This document shows, in pieces, positions 1-12,600 of a stretch of DNA of 64,000 nucleotides (positions within the stretch are counted from its first letter, which is position 1; every line of letters starts with the position of its first letter). Below the pieces are notes generated by a model that saw only the letters and a list, made by a program, of their open reading frames with translations, had not been told where the DNA came from and made no database searches. This DNA is from Amphiscolops sp. MND2022 (taxonomy: Eukaryota), in NCBI GenBank assembly GCA_964187785.1, contig OZ076414.1:6758001-6822000 (forward strand), in the 5' to 3' direction. Both the position numbers and the translations under genes were made by a program.

Positions 1-129
1 AATTGAAAGACTCTTTCTCTTATATGTTTGGCGCTCCTGGGTTATTCCACTTTCTCAACTGAAGTTATCCCGAGAATTTGGAACGACCACCTTTTATTGA
101 CATGAATTTTTTACATCTTCAACTTTGAA

Positions 130-672
130 GTCCTTCTGGGCCTTTCTCTGGACGTTCTTGTGGGCTCTTTCCGGCGTCCCTTCTGGGCCTTTCTCTGGGC
201 GTCTTTCTGGGCCTTTCTCTGGGCGTCCTTCTGGGCCTTTTCCTGGGCGTCCTTCTGGGCTTTTCTGGCGTCCTTCTGGCTTTTTGGGCGTTCTTCTGGG
301 CTCCTTCCTGGGCGTCCTTCTGGGCCTTTCTCTGGGCGTCCTTCTGGGCTCCTTCTGGCGTCCTTCTGGCTTTTTGGGCGTTCTTCTGGGCTCCTTCCTG
401 GGCGTTTCTCTGGGCCTTTCTCTGGGCGTCTTTCTGGGCCTTTCTCTGGGCGTCCTTCTGGGCCTTTTCCTGGGCGTCCTTCTGGGCCTTTCTCTGGACG
501 TTCTTGTGGGCTCTTTCCGGCGTCCTTTCTGGGCCTTTTCCTGGGCGTCCTTTTGGGCTCTTTCTGGCGTCCTTCTGGCCTTTTGGGGCGTTCTTCTGGG
601 CTCTCTTTGGGCGTTCTTCTGGGCTCTCTGTGGGCGTTCTTCTGGGCTTTTTTGGGCGTTCTTCTGGGCGTC
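130..672. repeat. GC-rich 12-bp minisatellite, about 45 units (GGGCGTCCTTCT / GGGCCTTTCTCT / GGGCTCCTTCCT variants)
   Basis: Directly visible GGG every 12 bp. The period is a multiple of 3 with no stop codons, which explains the stacked ORFs on both strands. Confidence 0.95.
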
Positions 673-714
673 CATTCCAGAACAGCTAGTTCCACTTAAC
701 CTTAGCTGCATTTA

Positions 715-950
715 GGAAAGTTAGGGGATTTTTTTCCTTTTTTCCGGTTCTTTGAGTCTTTCTGCGCCTCTCTGATTACAGAAGAGCACAAATACTCGCC
801 CGTCAAAAAATCTAAGGGAGGTTTTTTTTCCGGTTTTTTGAGTTTCTCAGCCTCTCTGATTAGAGAAAAGCACAAATACTCGCCCGTCAAAAAATCTAAG
901 GGAGGTTTTTTTTCCGGTTTTTTGAGTTTTCTTAGCCTTTCTGATTAGAG
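715..950. repeat. 84-bp tandem repeat, about 2.8 copies
   Basis: CACAAATACTCGCCCGTCAAAAAATCTAAGGGAGG at 787 and 871, plus a degenerate partial copy upstream. Confidence 0.9.
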
Positions 951-1322
951 GTTTCTTTAAAAACTCCGGACAACAAGCGTACCACGTTTAGGCGCGGTTC
1001 GCCCTAGCGCTTTGTGTCTTCTATTGGAGTCGTCCAGTCCCGTCCTGGCTTTTGCAGCTTCGTCCTGATCAGGTAAGTACCTAAGGTAAAGCCAGTTCCG
1101 AATCGCCATCTAAGGTTCGGTTCGCCTAGCAGAAACCCGTTCGGTTCGTCCATTCCGCATTCATTGGCGTCATCGTCTTGCTTGTCGATCGCTCGGATTA
1201 GGTAAACAATACGCATCGTTCCTTTTCATCTCATTGACCATTGTGTTTTTCGCCGCTTCTAGCGTGTTCGTTCGGTCTCTATAGGTTCCGTGGGTTGTTT
1301 CCCATCAACAGCTACAGCAACG

Positions 1323-2490
1323 ATGGTCAATCCGAAGATAGCAACCCTCACCAACCAGTTCAAACTACATGAAATGAAGTTCCGGAACGCATCCAATTAC
1401 TTGGCATCTAGATTGGACTCCGACCAGAATCCTGCTCGTCTGCGTCAAAATCTTGCCAGTTGCAAACTATTGCATGCAGACTTGAAGAACTGGCCGAACA
1501 AATGTCAGCACACATGCCTCTTGAAGAATTGGAGCCGTTTCTCCAGATTTCAGCCGACACCTTGCTTCAAATTCTACAAATAGCCGACCAAATTGAAACC
1601 CTATCAACGACAGAACTCACGCATGCCACTCATAGCCAATCTTCTCCAGGATTTACGGCAGCCCAACTCAGATGCGACGAATTCACAACGACACCAGCAG
1701 CCACAGCACCCACAACTTCGACACAAAGGGACAGCAGCATATCCGACAGTCAACAACCCGCTTCTACAGTCGCCACGAATCGAGAAGCCACTCACATCTT
1801 AGACATGACCGGAGACGAGCTCTCTCGTCATCTAGCCACTGTCGAAGACACAACACCTCCAATGACACCCGACCGCCAGCAACATAACAACAGAGGTACA
1901 CAACCAACAGACATCTCCACTACCGTCACCGACCTTGACAACGTACTCCAGCAACCAGAACCCTCAAGCTTTGGAAACAGCCTTCAACCGCAACACTGCA
2001 CCAGCACAACTGCACCTCAACAGCAAGCGATAATGCAAACCATACGACTTCCGCCACCGTTACCACCTCTTCTAGATCAACAAACTTTCAACAACCATTC
2101 CGAACAGCGTCATATCTCCAACAGCAACCAGCATTTTCAGCCCACAGTCGACAACATGCTTCCCCAATTAGTGTATACATCCAACTACCATCAACCAACC
2201 TTCGACACTTTTGTTACCCACAATCCTACATACCCGCCAACTGCCTACGAGATGAGGTCATACGAACCTCGTCACTTAACGCCTGCACAGCCACCTCCCA
2301 GCCACCCACAAGAACAACTACCGTTCACTCACTCCACTGGACAATTATTTAACCCCATACACAACCACTACAGTTTTTCGCAGCCCTGTACAGATGTACT
2401 TCACCCACATCAATCACAGCCAACTTACTCTACTACTATCCCGACAGCTATACCTCATCGTATGATAGACCCGTCACAACAACTGATAGC
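1323..2490 (+). pseudogene. gag-like ORF of the deleted BEL element (frameshifted near 1460; Q/P/T/H-rich tail)
   Basis: ATG 1323 (MVNPKIATLTNQF...) continues after a frame change into the 1460..2803 ORF. Helical N-terminus followed by low-complexity sequence, at the gag position between PBS and pol remnant. Confidence 0.55.
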
Positions 2491-2640
2491 GATTTTACAC
2501 CTCGTGGAATATGGCCTCTTGGACGAATCACAGCTACCCACCCTGGGCGAGATGGAGTTGTCCGTGTCTGTACAGTCAAGACAACCTACGGAACCTTCGA
2601 TCGGCCCGCCGTTTCGCTGTCTCGCGTTTTTGCCCCGTGA
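2491..2640 (+). pseudogene. BEL/Pao pol C-terminal remnant (DUF5641-type)
   Basis: Manual translation (not in the ORF track): DFTPRGIWPLGRITATHPGRDGVVRVCTVKTTYGTFDRPAVSLSRVFAP*. This is the typical post-integrase WPLGRI..HPG.DG.VRV motif. Confidence 0.85.
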
Positions 2641-2730
2641 CGGTTCGCTCCGCGACGCTACGCATCATCTTTTTCTCCTTAGCCGCTACGTGCCCCCCTT
2701 CTTCTTCTTTGCAGCTAAGGGGGTGAAGCA

Positions 2731-2877
2731 TGTCACTGAAGTGACTCATAACTTCACTAAACTAACTGAAGTGTTTCACGATTTTATATATAATACCTTT
2801 TGACTTCCATTGAGTTGTGTTCTCACTGAGAATGAGAACCATTGATAATATAAGAATTGAAAGACTCTTCTCTTATA
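2731..2877 (+). repeat. 3' LTR (about 147 bp) of the deleted BEL element
   Basis: Starts TGTC after a polypurine tract; its 3' end matches window positions 1-24. Confidence 0.7.
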
Positions 2878-3538
2878 CCCTGAAAGCCCACTGAGACACT
2901 CAAAACGAATAAAACTTTCCATTTCTATCGACCGGTGGTCTGGCATTGGTATTTAGTCCAATAAATTCGATATCTGATATTCTTAGCTTCCATTACGATA
3001 CACATCCTGGTGTCGAACTAACAGGATCCTGTTACTGGCATGATGGATATTTTCACATGGTGCACTACTGGGGCCTTCTCATGGAGCAACTTTCACCCTA
3101 ACGTTGCTGCTTAGTGCAACTTTTGGCGAAAAATAATCATTGATCAAATGCAACTTTTCAGCCTATTGTTTTTCTAAGGCCTATTTCCAAGACTACTTGC
3201 GATGCAGATGATTTATATCCTGAATTTATTTTGTGTCAAACGTATATTTTTCGCAAGCTTTGAGCTGAGCACTTTAGCGCCAATGTTCTCAAATTGAACC
3301 TCACTTCTCTAAATTTTGACTAGATCGGGGCGCAGAAAAATCTTATTGAGCTTCAAAAGCACTCAGAGAAACAGATTTTCGGAATAAAAGATCTAATGAT
3401 GCCGGAAAAAAATAAAAGTTTCTTTCAACAACCCTTTACAATGAGAGGCTCAATACAAAGTGACAGTAATTTAAAGTTAGACAGTGTGATCTAATTTTAA
3501 CATGGTATAAATATAGTATAAGTATTTCTCGGTCGTAC

Positions 3539-3669
3539 CTTGACTTGGAACTTGTCTTTCTTGCTGGCAGGTGAAGTGGAGGGTCCCAATGTGTAGGTCA
3601 GCGGGTAAGTGTTACTGGCTTTGCCCGGCTCATCTCCAATGAAACCGATTTTACCCGTCAAGAAGGATC
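3539..3669 (-). CDS. TPP2: TPP2 exon 19 (GSFLTGKIG...KKDKFQVK)
   Basis: Acceptor CTGTCAG at phase 1; donor AAG|GTACGA at phase 0. Confidence 0.8.
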
Positions 3670-6600
3670 CTGACAGCACCAGTGCGATTATCAAAACTAT
3701 TATAAACTGTACTCCAAAACAACAACAGCTACTGTCGAGTGACATTTTGAGTTATCTATGGTTTGTACTCACTATTATCATGGATAGAATTTCACTGTTC
3801 GGTACCATAATTTGTCGTCAGAAAATTGGACACTGAAATCTCGATTGGTTTCTGAGAAAACTGAGTCCATTTCTCTGGGTAAGTCAGTCAGGGTAACCAC
3901 TGTTTTATTCTCAAAGAAGCGACTGATATAATATAGTAGAAATATATGCTATTTTTAGGTAAAAATCAGCAATACTGACTTTGAGGAAACAAGGCACATA
4001 GAAAAAGTGAAAAAGTATGGTATTCCACGGTCCAAAAGGACCCAAATTGTCACCCTGATTCGAGTTAACTTGTGAAAAGGGATACTAATGGATTTTGATG
4101 TCAGACAAAAATCAACAAAAAATCTCCAAACTGCTACATTCTTTAACCCTTCCAAAAATTGTTTCGAGAATCAAATGCACAGGTTCGAAAAGTTGTCTTT
4201 AAGGAAATACGACTTTTCGAGCTAGTTTTATAAACACAAGAGGAAGTTGAGTACATTAGTTTTTTCATAATTCGACAGTTCTTTGATTTCGTGACGAAAA
4301 TTTATGTATTCAAAAAAGAAGGGACTGAATCCATCAGAATTATTATTATTATTCAATTCATATTAATTAATATTATTCAATTCAACCCACTTGACGACGT
4401 AGAATTGTCCTCCAAAACGCCCTGTGAAAACTTGCCTCATTTTTAATTATCTATCAAAATGCATCTCAAGAATTTAAAACTACCGTAGTTTTAATATAAG
4501 AAATATTTAGGAAAAATATAAGAAATATAAGAAATTTTAATATATAGAAATATAAGTTTGAATAAAGGGAAAGGTTGGTGAATAAGAAAATGATAATGGA
4601 GTAAAATTGACAGCAGATGTATGTGACATACATCTGCTGTCAATTTTACTCCATTATCATTTTCTTATTCACCAACCTTTCCCTTTATTCAAACTTATAT
4701 TTCTAGACGATGTATTTTTTATGCTGTTCTTTGATTGGATCGTTTGATAATCGTGCCTGGCACATAAGGTTTGGGCAACTTGTCCTCTGGAAGGGGAGCG
4801 GCGAACAGCACAGTCGTGTCTCCTTTGGACAGGGAGGTGGATCTGGAGAAACAAGGGAGGAGTAAAAACAACCACAAGTATCCAGGTGCAACCAGAAAAA
4901 ACCGAATTTTCGCAGCCAAATAGTAATAAGAAGCGTAACGGCGAAGAACTAAATTACGTTTTAGTAAGAAGGTGGAGGTTCGAAAAGGGGAGTTTTTCAC
5001 GAAAACGTCTTACGCATATTTTAAAAACTGCGCTTTTTGAGCCTTAGATATAGCGCCAACTTTAGACGTTCCTGTCTTGTTAATTACTATTTTAAGTAGG
5101 AAATAGTAATACTGACACCCATACTCTTATCACTGACACAATCTCCTTGTAATAAGGGCACAAAATCTCTCTTACGCCAAATCACGGTTTCGGTACGCGC
5201 GGTCCTTATTTTAAAGAAAAGATATTCGGCAGGCAAAAAGTAGGAACAAGCCAGGAACGACCCAAGTCTGCGCCATATCTAAGACTCAACAAATTGTGAA
5301 ATTTTGGGGAGAAAATGAAAACGGTATATCCAAACTTTAACACAGAGGCGAAGCGGTGCTTCGCAACACATGACGAAGACATTATTTTAATATGCGTATA
5401 TATATTATTTTAATCGCATGCGTATATATTCAACAGTTCAACTTTGTTCAATAACGTCCCTATGGCACAGTGGTCAACACTTATGCCGTGCAATCGGGAG
5501 GCTGCAGGTTCGAATCTCTCAGGGGTTTTGGCTTTTGTCTAAAAGGCGCTCATTATGAAGTTGACTATTGTGGAAAAAAAACTTTCTTAGCTGGACTGCA
5601 ATGCACATTGACTTCGTCATGTGCAAAAACGGTATATCCGAACATTGAAAACGTTATTTCCGAACTTTGAAAACGTTATATCCGAACTTTGAGACCGTTA
5701 CATCCGAACTTCAACTTTGAAAACTAAGTTATATCCAAACTAAAATATTTCGGCTAAAAAGATGAACGAAAAAGTGGTCCATCCATTCTTATCAAAAAGG
5801 CGCCGACTAAAAAAGGGGTCTTTTTTAGATGAGTGACCTGAATGCGGCTGCCTTGTTGAGATTGGGGTTAGTGAAGAAGAGAAGGTTGACGGGAGAGGGC
5901 AGTTTGCGCGACACTATCAGCTGAAGTCCGTCCAGTTTCTCCAGCACGTCATACTCACAGGATCTGATCCACAGTTTGATAGTGTAGTCACCTGCGAACA
6001 TCATCAATTCGTTCGTTACCAGACAAAAGCGCCCAAAACACACAGTCCAAAGCGCCACTATGAAAGATAGTCAGCAGGACATTTGCTGACACTTTTCCAC
6101 AAAACTAAGTTCCTCAAACCAATTGAATGGGAGTGACAGATTTCGTCCCACATGGAAATTTTGACAGATTTCGTCCCATTTTTTAACATTAAAACAGATT
6201 TCGTCCCATTTTTGACAGATTTCGTCCCAAATAATTATTATAACGTAGTCAGCTATGTTCACATACCCCTAGTGCCCTAAATGCAGGAGCGAAGCGAAGC
6301 GGAGCGACGTGCCATATGGCCATGCCTCAATGTTGCTACTTGGCGAAGGGAGCGAAGCGACCGAGCCATACAACAAATATGCTAACCTCTTCAAAAAAAT
6401 CAAGTTCCATGCATATTGGCTGTAACAGCACCGACGAAATCTGTCAAAAATGGGACGAAATCTGTTAAAAATGGGACGAAATCTGTTTGGGACGAAATCT
6501 GTCAAAATTTGACGTGGGACGAAATCTGCCTGGGACGAAATCTGCCACATTCCAATTGAATAGTAAATTTACAAGAGTGTACTGACAAATTGCTTCTTTT

Positions 6601-9600
6601 AGAAGATAATATAATTTGTTGAGAAATGCAAATATTGGCAGCGTAAGTTGTTTTCGCTCAGAATTCGTTACATTTGCTAAAATGTCGAATCTCGCATTAT
6701 CAGTGAGCCATCATTTTCTTTGAACACCTTCAATTAGGTTTAATTACAGGCAGTCGGACGAATCAGATCGAAATTTAGCGAGGCGCCTTGTATTGGGGCA
6801 CTTCTGTCTGTACACGCATGAAACATTTCAGGCAACAAGACAAGTAGGTCTGGTTTAACAAAAGTAGTTAAAGGTTGTTCAAAAGTTCTAGTTCGAGAGA
6901 TCTGCTTTAGACCTTTGTTCAACTGCAAAGCACTTGTAGACTTTAATTCTAGGCAGTAAAAACTAATTCTATGTCGAAAATCCGACAAAAATTGACAAAA
7001 AAACTGGTTCAGCCACATGATTGTACAAACATATCTACCGCTGGAATTTTCAACTACCAGAAAACCAGACGAAATCAACAAAAGAAGTCAACTGAATGCG
7101 CCGGCTAAAAACAGGCTTCCCGGCCGTACTTGGGGACTGGTGTTCATAAAATCAATCAAGCTAATTCGAAGACGTTTTTATGATAAAGTATGTTTATTAT
7201 TTAAAACGAGCAATTTTCGAATGTGATGAAAAAATCGATTTTTTATCTATTGGAAATACGGAAAACGAAAGAACAGAAAAACTCGCCCTCAGACTACGAG
7301 CCAAAACTGACTTCGTGAAACAATCGTTTTTCAATAAAGCACCTTACCAAGTTGAGTACGAGAAACTGAAGAAGGATCTAATAAGTTATTATCTCCAAAA
7401 ATATGCAGCAGAAGCGGACTATTCAGCAGAAATAATTTTAAAATGTTTGCGTGAGTTCCCATCCAACTAACCGTACACTTGATAATGGATTATCTGTTGA
7501 TCTTCTTTTAACTTTGTCAATTTTCTCAATTCATATGTTCACTACCTCTTAGAATGGATTTTTTACATTTCATTTTATGAGGGGAATTCAGTGCCCCTTT
7601 TTGCTGTAGAGTTTGTTCAACGTAGTACCTTTGCCCAGCACGCAACTGTAGTTCTCAGTCTTGAAGTCTCCGTACCCCATGACCTGCTTGTTGGCGTCGT
7701 AGACGACCCACATCTGGGAGTCGAACAGGTTCTCGTACAGTTTGTCGCAGAGGAGCGGACACTCGGGGTACACCTCCTTATCTTTGACAGGGTGCGAGTA
7801 ACAGTAGGTCAGTTCCAGGCCGTAGATCACCTCATCTCTGTACCACCAGTCAGCACACGCAGGGATGATCAAACTAGCTCTGTACGTGTTCATTTCCTAT
7901 CTCAACGAACTTTATTATCAGAGGCGAGAATAACGTCTAAATAACAACCACCCCCATTTATCCCAGAACGCTATATCCAAACTTTTAAAGCACAAAAGGC
8001 ACCCTTTTGGTGTTTCGAAACGTTTTGCTAGTTTTTCATAAAAACGTCCTGAGCATATTTTAAAAACTTTGCGCTTTTTGAGCCTTAGGTATAGCGCCGA
8101 CTTGAGACGTTCCCGTCCTGTTCGTTTTTATTTTCATGCCCTTATCACTAAGCTAGGGATGAGAAACTCGACCAATGCTCGAGAATTTGGCGTAGAGATG
8201 TTCCAACATGGTACGCTCCAATACAGCCAGTTGAATCACAAATCGAGTTACTTTCGAGAAGCTGACTTCAAAGACCCATCGATGGTGAGTTGAGAGAAAT
8301 ATCTGAGAATCAAATATTCATCACAGATTGCAAGGAGGCTCTATAGCTTCCAACGCATTCCTGTCACTCCTTTTTAGTGGGCGCTTTTCTTTAGAAACGA
8401 GTCGACTATAGTCATGGCTTTTCGTCAGTGTTTTTTTAAGACCACCTGAACTGACCAAAATAGTTCTACAAAAGTTCTACAAAATATTATTGCACAATTT
8501 GGCCTAGCGAACTGAACCAAAAAGGTTTTTCATGTTTTCCAGCGTAACATACCATACCGGGGGAGACCAAAGGGTCCCTCCCCCTTTTCTTTTTTTTCGG
8601 CACTGCGAGACTTTTTTTCGGAAAAAATCTTTTCCCCAAAGGGTCCCCCTTCAATTTTTTTGCTGTTTTGCGACAGAATGGATGTTGGAAAATCCCAAAG
8701 GGTCCCCTCTTTCAGTTTTTTTCGGCACTGAGATTTTTTTCCGAAAATAAAAATCCCCCCTTCAATTTTTTGATGTTTTGCGACAAAATGGATGTTGAAA
8801 ACCTCCAAAGGGTCCTCCCTTTCAGTTTTTTTCGGCATTGTGAGACTTTTTTTTCAAAAACTTCTTTTCATAAAAGGGTCCCCAACTCACCAATACTTTG
8901 ACATATTGAAGCCCTTTTGCTATTTTTGAGCCTTAGATATGGCGCCGACATGGGCCGTTCCCCCCGGCTTGTTAATTACTGGAAAACATTTCCAACTTGA
9001 ACTTTTGCTTTGGACCTTCAAGGTCAACTTTTCTGATAATTTATTTTTCCGCTCTCATTTCACAATGAGACAACGGAAAATCTCAGCCAAGTTTTTTCAA
9101 GTGTTGCCATACTCTAATTTTAAAAGTGTAGGATAATCCCTAGTGGTTGCGTTTCCAGGGTTCTCTGGAACCCCAGCCAGTGTGTCTGAGGGGGGTAGGG
9201 GGCCGCGGATGAAGACGTCCCTCTGTGGGTGCAAGGGACTGATCCTGGTTTCAGTGGGGCGCAGAGGGGTCACCAAAGAGGTCAAAGACGAGTGCGGGTC
9301 AACTGTCACTGTCTCCAGGCGAGACTGAAATGAAACAAATTTGAAAAAGTAAGGGGACCCTTTCGTAGTGGGAAAGTGTAAGACATTAACAATACATGAA
9401 ATCAATACTTTTTGAAGTTCAGGTAAAGATATTTAATTTTAATTTAATTTAACAGAACAATTTCATTCTACCTCAGCAAAATTGAGAATTAGGTTATCAA
9501 ACCTAGTTGAGAAAAATGCTTTCTTCCGAGGACCTTGCAAGATCATTACCAATCTTTCACGTAAACGCTTCCCTTCAAAGAAAAATCGTTGCAAAATTTT

Positions 9601-12600
9601 GTACCGAAAGTATTGTCTGCAAAGATCTTTCAAGGAAACAAAGGAAAAGGGATAACCTTGGATGATCTTGCAAAATTGTTGGAAGGAAAGAATTTTTCGT
9701 AACCATGCATACTTCAATTTCAAGTTACTTTAAGTTAAGCATTCATTCATTTATTATATATTTATTAATTCATAATATATTTATAACCAAACGATTGACC
9801 CTGCACTGTAAACGAAACAACTTGATACAGCAACAGCAAGAAGGTTTCCGAGCACAGCACTACCCGGTCCCTTTATCGACTACAACTTGAGATGGAGTCA
9901 ACCAAGCGTTTGAAAAACCCTCAGCTGATCTATACGTTGACTAAGAGTATGGATTGACGGACTTTACAACCAGTTAATTCATCTTGGGGTCTCTGGAAAA
10001 ATGCTACACATTATCAACATTTTGCTCCGAAACAGAAAAATGGTTATACAAATTAGCAACCTTAAATCGAAATGCTTTGTAACAAAGACAGGGCCCCTCA
10101 AGGCAGGGTAATATCACCTCTTCCATTCATTATCTACATCAATGATCTTTTAGCAACACATACGAACAGTTTCAAATTTGCTGACGATACATCTGTTCTA
10201 GTTACGTGCGAAAACCTCGAAGACCTCCAAGTTCGGTTGAACTCGGCCTGTAGAGAAATAGAATCATGGTGTCGAAAATCGAGAAAGGTGGTCAACGGAT
10301 CCAAAACCTAATTGATGCTGCTAAACTGTGAGGCGTCTGCAATCAATCTGCCTACGATACAAGTGCACTCGTATTGAGCACAAAATCTATTGGACTTACT
10401 ATCGACGACAAGCTGAATTACCATGAACATTTGAAAACGGTCACAGTCAAAGCATCAAGAAACTGGCGCATCATACGGAGCAAATGTGCAGACCAATTGG
10501 GTCTCAGCAACTGATCCTACTTTACAATACAGTAATTCTGCTACAAATATTGTACGCTGCACCAACCTGGAGACATAAAAATGTCTCCCATCTCAATAAG
10601 TTTCAGAACAACTTAAATCGAACGATATGGAGACATTATCACCCCTATTGCTGCTAGCGAGGTCCTGCTAGGAATTTCTCCTCTGGACTTGTACGGCGAC
10701 TCGCTCGACATCAAATTCCTAATGAAAGTTACTTTACAATCTGACCTTGGCTCAGCAGCTCATGCTGAAGCTCTCCGAGTTAAAAGCACAGCGCATAACC
10801 TTCAATCCGCACTGAATAGATATCTTAAATACTTTAACCTTAATACTGCTTGTTTTTACAATAATGAAATGGTAGCTGAATTTATAAACAGAATGTGGAA
10901 TCAACATTGGCGTTGTCCTACGAATATCTGCCTCTTGAAACATTTTCTTGTACAACCCCCTGGCTCTACAGTCAGTCCCTTGGCAAACATCCCTCCCCCC
11001 CAGGGAAGCAAATAAGATATGTCGACTTCTCTTCGGCAATTCTCCAAGATATGCAATTTCGTGGAAAATGTATAAACGTGCATCACCCATGTGCTCCTGT
11101 GGACTATCTAAAGAAAATGCTTACCACTTTTTCTTCAGTTGTACCCTGCATGACAACTACAGACCCCATAGCCTGCAAACTCTTAACCTTATGAGGACCA
11201 AAGACTGCACTTCCTTCAAAACTTTCATTCTAAAAACCAAAAAACTGCAATAAACCACAAAGCTTTTGGCTGCTGAACTATAAATACTAACTTAACTCCA
11301 GTTACAAACTGTTTGACTCAACATTCGCACGCAAATAGGGGCTTAATTTAGACGTATATATATAAATGAATTTATGAATTATAATATGCCGAACAAATAC
11401 AGTCGAACTCGGATGCAAGGAACATTTGGATAGAAGCGTTTTTTTACTACTCCGCTTTTATGCAGGACAAACTTTCTTTTATCCATAATTCATTTTACCA
11501 GTCGTTGTATTAAAGAAATTCTTTTCTTATCGCCTTCTGAGCTTCTTTTATCAGAGTTTGACTGTACATAGAAATGACGAATTTATAATCTTTCTGAAAG
11601 TCAAAGGTCATACGTACCCTGAGGTCTATTCTGTAGGGGGGTCCGAAGTGGTGCATGGCGAAGGAGTTGTTGGAGGAGAGGGAGTCCAGTCCGTGGAAGG
11701 AGACCTCGAGGGAGAAGACACTCTCCCAGGACCAGGCAGTCATCTGGGCCACAGTCACTTCCATCAACAGCGAGGGAACCACCTTCGAGCATCAACCAAC
11801 AGCCACCAGTGACGTCATTATTATTGATATTAATCATTAACACTTTCTTTGAGCACCAGATTCCGAATATTTATATACATACATTCAATTACGAGGGATA
11901 CGAATCAGAGAGTAGCCGGCGTTCGGGGTCATTCAGTTTTAGATGAAAATGTAAAATCAGAATGGGGACCCTTTGAAGCCTCTGGTTGCACTTTACATCT
12001 GCTGGTGGGGTGCGGAAAACTCAACACATGAAAACTCAACACAAGAAAACTCAACACAGAAAACCCAACACAAAGTTTAAAAAAAAAAACAGAAAACTCA
12101 ACACATTTAATTAATTTTAGTTAACACCTCAGCTGAGTTTATTTTCCGAAATCTAACTAATTGTTAAATCGGTATTATTTCCGTTTACACTTAGTCACAA
12201 TTGCGACTCATTTTAAAAACATATAAAGACGTATATTTTCCTTTACACCTAATCATGATTGCGATTTTTTCCTACATTAAACTGTTTTTAACGTTGAAAC
12301 AAACGTTGTTAACATTGGCCCAAACCATGAAACAAAACGATAAGAAAAGTTTAAACGCAAACACAAATATTTTTGAGACGAGTCAAATGCATAAATTATG
12401 AGCCGTACGAACAAGGAATATAGATGTATAACATATATCACTATTATTAAATGCTTAAAATGTGTTGAGTTTTCGTGTGTTGAGTTTTCTTGTGTTGAGT
12501 TTTTTTGTGTTGAGTTTTCTGGTAATCCTGGTGCTAAACGCTTGTTAAAGAAGTGAATAATTGGGCGTGAGGTTTGTGGCCTGACAAAAAACTTGCCACT

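Larger units (their letters stand above)
1..2877 (+). mobile_element. Internally deleted (non-autonomous) BEL/Pao LTR retroelement; 5' LTR runs off the window start
   Basis: Window start AATTGAAAGACTCTTTCTCTTATA (1-24) matches the end of a 3' LTR (2854-2877). It is followed by a TGGCGC PBS-like motif (29). A purine-rich tract AAGGGGGTGAAGCA precedes TGTCAC at 2731. Interior has a gag-like ORF joined to the BEL pol C-terminal motif, with no PR/RT/RH/IN core. Confidence 0.8.

Noticed and set aside
94-715. Five overlapping ORFs of up to 205 aa on both strands
   Set aside because: By-product of a stop-free 12-bp satellite; not supported as genes.
1-3538. Remaining C-terminal TPP2 exons
   Set aside because: No segment matching the TPP2 C-terminal helical domain was found by eye; presumed to lie beyond the window start, though a small exon could have been missed.
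6129-6552. Short repeats with variable gaps resembling a CRISPR array (also 12007-12517)
   Set aside because: No constant-length unique spacers, the arms are inverted, one has a TSD, no cas genes, and the context is a eukaryotic intron.
6740-7470. Possible LINE 3' relic ([14 protein letters not shown])
   Set aside because: Too degenerate to assign with confidence.
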